DNA of 64,000 nucleotides from Promethearchaeia archaeon (GTDB lineage Archaea; Asgardarchaeota; Lokiarchaeia; Sigyniarchaeales; SOKP01): NCBI GenBank assembly GCA_046483985.1, contig JAWOCD010000028.1, positions 1 to 64,000 of the forward strand, read 5' to 3'. Shown piece by piece: positions 57,908 to 64,000 of this stretch (position 1 is its first letter; each line of letters starts with the position of its first letter). The notes under the pieces were generated by a model. It saw only the letters and a program-made list of their open reading frames with translations, ran no database searches and was not told where the DNA came from. The position numbers and the translations under genes were made by a program.

Positions 57908-59140
57908 ATGAACAATACGAAGGATCAATTACCCCTTAGTTCGATTAAAATTTTGGATCTAAGTCGTATGCTTCCGGGGCCTTATTGCAGTATGGTTTTG
58001 GGAGACTTAGGAGCTGAAGTCATACGCGTGGAAAACCCGCGATATCCATATAGTAGTCCTCCTCCTCTTTACCGAAAGGGGCGCTATAATGAGAGTGCGT
58101 TTAACGCAATTCTCATGAGAAATAAGAAATCGATTGGCTTGAATTTAAAAAAAGAGAAGGGAAGAGAGATATTTTACGAATTGGCAAGAGAGGCAGACGT
58201 TATTTTAGAAACGTTCAGACCAAAAGTGGTTGAGAAGTTAGAAATTGATTATGAGACCATCTCAGAGATTAATCCCTCCATTATCTATTGTGCGCTAACG
58301 GGATATGGTCAAAATGGACCCTATGAGCAATTGGCAGGGCATGACATGAATTATCTTGGAATTTGTGGGATTATGGATTTAAATCGTCCCAGAAAACATT
58401 ACGATAAATCTAATGAAATACGAAAACCTGTCGTTCCGGGAATGCAATGTGCGGATATTGGTGGTGCCCTCGTTGCTGTGATAGCCATCCAAGGGGCAAT
58501 CATCGAGCGGGAGAATAATGGCTCCAAAAAGGGTCAATACATTGATGTTTCAATGTTAGATTCTGCATTCTCATTTATGCCTATGGCTGCCGCGTATCAT
58601 TTTGCTCAATCCGTGAATGAAAAACCGCTACGATCCGAGAATCCGTTACACGGAGCAATGCCGTATTACAGCGTATACCGAACCAAGGATGATAAGTATC
58701 TCACGATTGGAGCCATCGAAATGAAATTCTGGCATCAACTCTGTGAGGGCTTGGGTAGAGAGGATCTGAAGTTGAAGCAAAACACGCGGGGGACTGAAAG
58801 GGAAGCAGTTTTTGAAGAGTTGCAGAAGGAATTTTTGAAAAAAACACGAGCAGAATGGATGGACATTTTTCAAGAGTATGACACGTGTGTGATGCCTGTA
58901 AAAACATTTGCGCAAGCATGTGAAGATCCCCAAATAAAAGCCCGTGAGATGATAACAACCCAAGAGCATCCAGAATTTGGGGAGATACCCAATGTCGCAT
59001 CGCCCATAAAATATTCTAGAACTCCTTTAAAGATAAGGTCCCTTGCCCCAAAAACAGGAAAACAGACCACCGAGATTCTGAGATCCCTCAACTTTTCAGA
59101 AGAAGAGATTAAAACGCTTAAGAAAAAAAATATTATTTAA
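57908..59140 (+). CDS. CaiB/BaiF family III CoA-transferase
   Basis: LDLSRMLPGPY, LGAEVIRVE, RNKKS, FRP, GYGQNGPY, GHDMNY and ADIGG motifs. Confidence 0.94.
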   Translation: MNNTKDQLPLSSIKILDLSRMLPGPYCSMVLGDLGAEVIRVENPRYPYSSPPPLYRKGRYNESAFNAILMRNKKSIGLNLKKEKGREIFYELAREADVILETFRPKVVEKLEIDYETISEINPSIIYCALTGYGQNGPYEQLAGHDMNYLGICGIMDLNRPRKHYDKSNEIRKPVVPGMQCADIGGALVAVIAIQGAIIERENNGSKKGQYIDVSMLDSAFSFMPMAAAYHFAQSVNEKPLRSENPLHGAMPYYSVYRTKDDKYLTIGAIEMKFWHQLCEGLGREDLKLKQNTRGTEREAVFEELQKEFLKKTRAEWMDIFQEYDTCVMPVKTFAQACEDPQIKAREMITTQEHPEFGEIPNVASPIKYSRTPLKIRSLAPKTGKQTTEILRSLNFSEEEIKTLKKKNII

Positions 59141-59252
59141 CTCATGTCTTGATTACCTTTTTTTTCTTCGGGTATCCCGAAATAATCTTCTTTTGACCTA
59201 CTACAGTTTTGCTTTTGTGAGAAAAATAAATATTGGTTTATTTATTGGATCA

Positions 59253-60266
59253 TTAGTTTAACAACTTCAAGACGGTCGGTATTGCAATAACTGCGACAAT
59301 GACAATTATTCCGATGATCCACATCGGATCAAATCCTGAGGAGGAAACTCCACCAATATATGCCATTGCAGAAGCAATAGATTCTACTGCCTCAGTAAGC
59401 AGAACTTCTGTCCTGTCGTAATATGCTTGCTGAGTTGAGTTGTCGTTATCTCTGTCATCTTTATTGGCTGCCCAATCGGAGAAGAAATTTTCGTGAAGCC
59501 ACTTCGCATCGTGAGCCCCTCCGTGAGACTCATCAGCATACGTTTCCCATGCCAAATCCACTGCAATATCATAAGGGTTCTTATCTTTCCCAATATCAAT
59601 ACTTCCTAGTTCAAAAAATTCATCTCGATCTTCATAATCATTTGTGCGTGTTCCTACACGGCCCTCTACCTTAGAGTGTTGTTCGTGTGTTTCCCACCCG
59701 TCAAAATCGACACCTGGGTATCTTTCATCATTGTTATTCTGAGCTATGTGGGCATACATACTCATATCGGCTATATAATGCGTCATCGCACCCAGATAAA
59801 AAGCCGCTTGTTCCTTTTTTCCCTCCTCTTTATGGGCATCGGCAAGATTCCCCCATTTCTTTGCCAGCAAAGCCGCATCGTCTTCCAAAACTTCTCCATC
59901 TTCGTAAAAATAGATGTGGTGTTTGCTTCTATCACCAAAACCTTCTATTTTTTCTCCATCTAAAGTAGTTTCTACTTCAGAGTTATCGGGGGCCTCGGTA
60001 CCCAATAAGAAAATCTTTTTCATTTCTGCTTGATTCAACCACTGCCAATTCGACTCATCTTCTTTAATCAATTGATCTAATGCATGTTCTGCTATCCAAT
60101 CGTGGGTGGCATAGTCCGTCTCATAATCGTAATCTGTTTTATTGTAAGCATAAGAGCCATTATTCCAAGCGTTTACATATAAGATGTTGGAGAGGAAAAT
60201 TATTGTGAATAAAGCCCCGATAAGGAATCTAGTATAATATTTTTTTCTTTTTTTTAATCTCATCAT
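59253..60266 (-). CDS. Zn-dependent phospholipase C / S1-P1 nuclease family protein, membrane-anchored
   Basis: Signal peptide ending A-W (Trp1 ligand), THDWI, APD, LGAMTHYIAD and HSKVE motifs, plus C-terminal TM. Confidence 0.85.
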   Translation of the reverse strand: MMRLKKRKKYYTRFLIGALFTIIFLSNILYVNAWNNGSYAYNKTDYDYETDYATHDWIAEHALDQLIKEDESNWQWLNQAEMKKIFLLGTEAPDNSEVETTLDGEKIEGFGDRSKHHIYFYEDGEVLEDDAALLAKKWGNLADAHKEEGKKEQAAFYLGAMTHYIADMSMYAHIAQNNNDERYPGVDFDGWETHEQHSKVEGRVGTRTNDYEDRDEFFELGSIDIGKDKNPYDIAVDLAWETYADESHGGAHDAKWLHENFFSDWAANKDDRDNDNSTQQAYYDRTEVLLTEAVESIASAMAYIGGVSSSGFDPMWIIGIIVIVAVIAIPTVLKLLN

Positions 60267-60559
60267 TTTAAAGCAAATATATTTCTTATTATTGAATATT
60301 AATAACTCACTATAATAAAAATAGAGTCCTATTAATTAGTAAATAAACAAAGTATTCCATCTCGAAGAATTATCTCAATAAATTAAAAACGTAAAATAGA
60401 TAAATCTTAGATTCCAATAGACAAACATAGGATCCATAATTATTGAATTGTGCAAGAATTTGGTTTAATGAGAAGACCTATGAAACCCAGAATTTTAGAG
60501 AAACGCCTTGGCAAATTTTGCATAAGGTCAAAATTGTGAATAAAGAATTAAAAATTTAT

Positions 60560-60606
60560 CATAGACGGCAAAAGAAAACACCGCCCTTTAGGGCGTGGTA
60601 GTTCAA
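60560..60606 (+). mobile_element. Minimal 47-bp single-hairpin IS200/IS605-derived element
   Basis: TTTAT followed by CATAGACGGCAAAAGAAAACACCGCCCTTTAGGGCGTGGTAGTTCAA; the 3' part matches the right end of the 4244 element. Confidence 0.7.
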
Positions 60607-60756
60607 GTAAATTATTCGACTTAAGTTTTCGCGAAACAGAAAAGGATTTAATAAATGAGGTTTCAGAGGAACTTCGGGCTGTTTTTGAATTCAAATTAGA
60701 ATGGATAACGTAATAATTCAAAATGTTCTTATAGCATTTAAAATATGTGATAAATA

Positions 60757-62247
60757 ATGAGTGAACAACGATTATATCAACCGGATTTCTCGGGAATTTT
60801 CGGGAAACGGTTCGCGAATGCGTTTCTTTATGGCACAATTGATAGCCTTATTTGGCCTATTCTGACAGACGTTTCGCCATCACCCCCATTAGAAACATTA
60901 TTGTCTATGACGAATCAGGAAGGGGATCCCTATTTTTATCGGCGCGGAATATCCCTTAATCATCTCAAGGTGGAATTGGACTGTTCGAATATAGATCTCG
61001 GGCTCCTTCAAGCAATGAATTTGGGACGGGACTACGGTATTAAAAATCAAGATGTCCAAAACGTCCTAGAAAAGGACCCAAAACACTTCAAGGCGATTTT
61101 ATCGTATGATTTCTCTCAATCGGAAAATATTCAGAATGCGCTTTCCGATTTAAGGGCTAAGCAGAAGAAGCTTGATACTGCAGGAGTCGTTCTTTATCCC
61201 TCCTATACCAAGTTTGACTTATCAGAAGAAGACGGAAAGCAATTTGAGAAGTTCCTGCGATTTTGTGATAAAAATAGCCTTTTCCTAAAAATAGATGTTG
61301 GAAATCTCTTTTTGCCCGATAATTACTCTGAATTTATTACTCCCGATAAATTGAAAGATTTCTTTTCCCGTCATTCAAAAAATACGTTTATCTTGAGCGG
61401 CTTAGACATCTCAGGCGATTTCACACTTTACTATCAGCTGCTCAAATATTATAACAATGTATGGATCGAACTGGATCCTCGTAGTTTTGGGGGATCTACT
61501 CCCGCAGCGTGCTTTACAAAATTTTTTGATCTGAACGGATTTATCCCGAATTCATGGTATCGATTCTGTATTGGGAGTGCCACTCCAACGTTAGAGTCAT
61601 CTCAAATGATGCGAGGTTTTCTGGAGGCAACGGAAGATCTTACTTTTGCCCAAAGGAATTTGCTTAGAACATGGGGATTTCGAAATCTGAACCGTTTAAA
61701 TCCTTCAGTATTCCAGCCCGTGAATTTGCAAAATATTGAGAGTTATAAAACACACATTGATCACGCACTTATTGATAAACTTGAAAAGCCAGAAAAAGTG
61801 TCTCTTACTTATCGAGTTAAAATGCGAAGCTATAGTATCACTCAGCTCATTTTCCTTACGGATTTGATTAAGGATGTTTTTGCGGAATCCGTTGAGAAGT
61901 ATCCAGATTACGCTTCGGGTCAACTTTTGCTTAAATCATATCATACAACTACCACTTTAATCGTAAACGAGCATGAGCGGGGAAATTACTTAGACCTTCA
62001 TTACAAGTTCGCCGAAAAATCCAAACAACCTACCGATTCCTATTTGCATACAGTGCGAGCCTTGGAAAACCGGGCAGACTTTAATCATTATGATCACGAA
62101 CTGGCAAGCACCTACGGGAATCGCCAGTTAATCATCCCGATTGTTAATCAAAACTTGGAAATAGGTGGGCGAGAGAACTATTATATCCTTGTCACATTTG
62201 GACCCCGAACATTTAATATTTTAATCAAGATTGACTTATTTAAATAG
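60757..62247 (+). CDS. Degenerate amidohydrolase-like domain fused to a YjbQ/UPF0047 domain
   Basis: C-terminal HTTTTLIVNE...DH...LEIGGRENYY..FGPR; N-terminal barrel-like GVVLYPSY and YNNVWIEL without an HxH motif. Confidence 0.65.
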   Translation: MSEQRLYQPDFSGIFGKRFANAFLYGTIDSLIWPILTDVSPSPPLETLLSMTNQEGDPYFYRRGISLNHLKVELDCSNIDLGLLQAMNLGRDYGIKNQDVQNVLEKDPKHFKAILSYDFSQSENIQNALSDLRAKQKKLDTAGVVLYPSYTKFDLSEEDGKQFEKFLRFCDKNSLFLKIDVGNLFLPDNYSEFITPDKLKDFFSRHSKNTFILSGLDISGDFTLYYQLLKYYNNVWIELDPRSFGGSTPAACFTKFFDLNGFIPNSWYRFCIGSATPTLESSQMMRGFLEATEDLTFAQRNLLRTWGFRNLNRLNPSVFQPVNLQNIESYKTHIDHALIDKLEKPEKVSLTYRVKMRSYSITQLIFLTDLIKDVFAESVEKYPDYASGQLLLKSYHTTTTLIVNEHERGNYLDLHYKFAEKSKQPTDSYLHTVRALENRADFNHYDHELASTYGNRQLIIPIVNQNLEIGGRENYYILVTFGPRTFNILIKIDLFK

Positions 62248-62560
62248 AATAAGCAATAAAGAGCGGGGTCATTATGCTTGTATAAATGCGAATCCAAAAT
62301 ACGTAATCAACGATTACTATTTCCGTCCAGTTCAAAAGCATAAAAGCCCCTTGTGAAAGTATAAAGACCTCACATATAACCTTATTCATCGGAAATCTTA
62401 GATTTCCTAGGAAAAAATTTAAAAATATAGGGGTTGTTTAAAAATAACTTCCCCTCCCTTAAATACTAATTCTTTTGGAGAAGACAAAATAACATCCCCT
62501 CACGCTGGTATATATATCTCTCTTTCCCATAGCCCCCCGGAAGTCGGATAGGGGCGTGTA

Positions 62561-63838
62561 TTAGCGCGGGCTTATGCAATAATTCCATTGAGGACAGGTA
62601 CACGAATGTTTGATCTGGAGCGACTTCATCTCCTTATTGCTCACCTTAATTCCCGTCTCGTATTCCTTCTCGACGAGGGTCGCATTTACGGTCAATCCCG
62701 TTTTCGTGCTCGTTGACTTGATAAGGTCTAAAGCTTTCGGGTAACTGGTTAACGGTTGACCTGCCCAATTGAGGGAGATAAAACTGAATACCTTCCGCTC
62801 GATGGGGTTATACTTCGAAGCGCCCGAAGGATAATGGCATACGTAGACATGCAGCCCGAATCGGTCCGCTAACTTGATCTGGAGATCCCGCTTCCATAAA
62901 CGGCGTCGATAGCCGTTTGAACCGCCGCTATCGCACAGAATTAGGAGGTGAGGGCAATTTGGGTAGAGCACTTGCCCGTAGGTCTCCCACCATTGCACGA
63001 TACAATCCACGGCAAAATCGGATGTCTCATGGCTGGTACCGCAATATACGTGGGCATCGTGCTCTTGAAGGTCATAGACTCCATAAGGGATAAATATCCC
63101 TTTCCCTAAAGAGGGAAAGTCGTGGTCTAACACCGCCCGGGGGTCCTTACGCCATATCCGACCCTTATTCTTAAAATTTCCGATGTATTCCTTCTTTTTG
63201 GCGTCTATGCTAATAACGGGGACACCCCACCCGATACAAGCGTTTTTAAACTTGTTTAGGTACTGAAATTGCGTATCTCGGTCGGGATGGTCGCGTCTAT
63301 TTACGGTTTTTACATTTTGCCGGAGGGAAATGCCGAACTTCTTCAAGGTCCTCCAAATCGTCCCGATTGAGGTGGAAATCTGTTTATAGTGCAGTTGATT
63401 CCTCATCCAGCGTAAGGTCTTCCTTACCCACTTGTGTCCGCTCATCGGGTCTCCGGCTACATCATCTTTAATAAGTTTTTGAAGCTCCTCCTCATAACGG
63501 GGTTCGCTCTCCGCTTTAGACGGTCGACCACCCCCCTTCCTGCGAATGCCGCACTTCAAGCGCTTATCACGGCCTTTAAGCTCTTTTTTCCCCCTTCGGA
63601 CCGTCTTCCTACAGAGCCCCGTGATCTGCGCCGCTTTTGACACCCCGCCGTTCTTGAATGCCCTGGCCAAAAAGCCCGCGAAAAGCCTCTTGTCCCGCTC
63701 ATTGTAAACGCTATTCAAAAAAGTTATATCTTTTTTTAACGTATCCTCCTCTTTTTGGTACTTCTTTTTGGGAAGGCGCCCAAAGAGCTCCCTATACCTG
63801 GCTTTTCCCGCGGAAGTCCGCAAATCGACCACTTCCAT
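62561..63838 (-). mobile_element. ISAzo13-family transposase (apparently intact)
   Basis: RRKGGGRP, GDPMS..KW, HPDRDTQF, ISIDAKKKEYIGNFKN, DHDF, PYGVYD, DSGGSNG and SKYNPIE motifs; higher GC than the host. A likely end lies near 62429 (AGGGGTTGTTTAAAAATAACTT); the other end was not identified. Confidence 0.93.
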
Positions 63839-64000
63839 TGTCGAGGAGCCGATAAAGTCAAATAAGGTATATTGAATTACTATACTCATTAAACTAATTA
63901 TTTTATAAGCCATGTGTCTATTTATATTTAATGTTTTTTGAGATCTTATTATGGAAACTAATGATAACTTTATATATAATAACGAACTATATCTATTTAA

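Noticed and set aside
62240-62389. 49-codon hydrophobic minus-strand ORF (MNKVICEVFILSQ...)
   Set aside because: No recognisable motif or ribosome-binding site; it could arise by chance next to the IS end.
1040-63855. Numerous short track ORFs overlapping longer genes (e.g. 1040..1378, 1757..2011, 2734..2982, 9194..9565, 52925..53218, 58646..59091, 63434..63855)
   Set aside because: They are antisense or off-frame shadows of well-supported genes and have no motifs of their own.

Overview
AT-rich archaeal chromosomal segment that looks like an Asgard archaeon, most likely Lokiarchaeia. The assignment is inferred from several eukaryotic-signature genes: an actin-related protein, a Rab-like GTPase, two longin-like proteins, a JAMM/MPN protease and PCI/winged-helix proteins. 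Housekeeping content includes aconitase, thrC, folD, purH, guaB, a polyprenyl synthase, a Zn/Mn ABC transporter with DtxR regulator, a CDF exporter, GH4 and GH16 hydrolases, two sulfotransferases and an archaeal SF2 helicase. Mobile DNA consists of an ISH3-like element whose transposase has one in-frame TAG, an ISAzo13-family transposase, and about ten short ORF-less IS200/IS605-derived palindromic elements, two of which keep an apparent TnpB omega-RNA scaffold. The strongest new observation is a gene the ORF track truncates: 1641..2036 reads through an in-frame TGA (U-x4-C), has an IscA/HesB-like pattern, and is followed 3 nt after its stop by a eukaryote-type SECIS hairpin. It is a candidate Asgard selenoprotein Fe-S carrier lying next to aconitase, whose leader is itself structured. 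Other highlights are an actin homolog with an inserted double zinc ribbon, a four-TM membrane-anchored HEPN protein, evidence for ATT/ATA start codons and a 20-bp palindromic operator. No rRNA, tRNA or CRISPR array was recognised. All calls are by eye; no searches were run.
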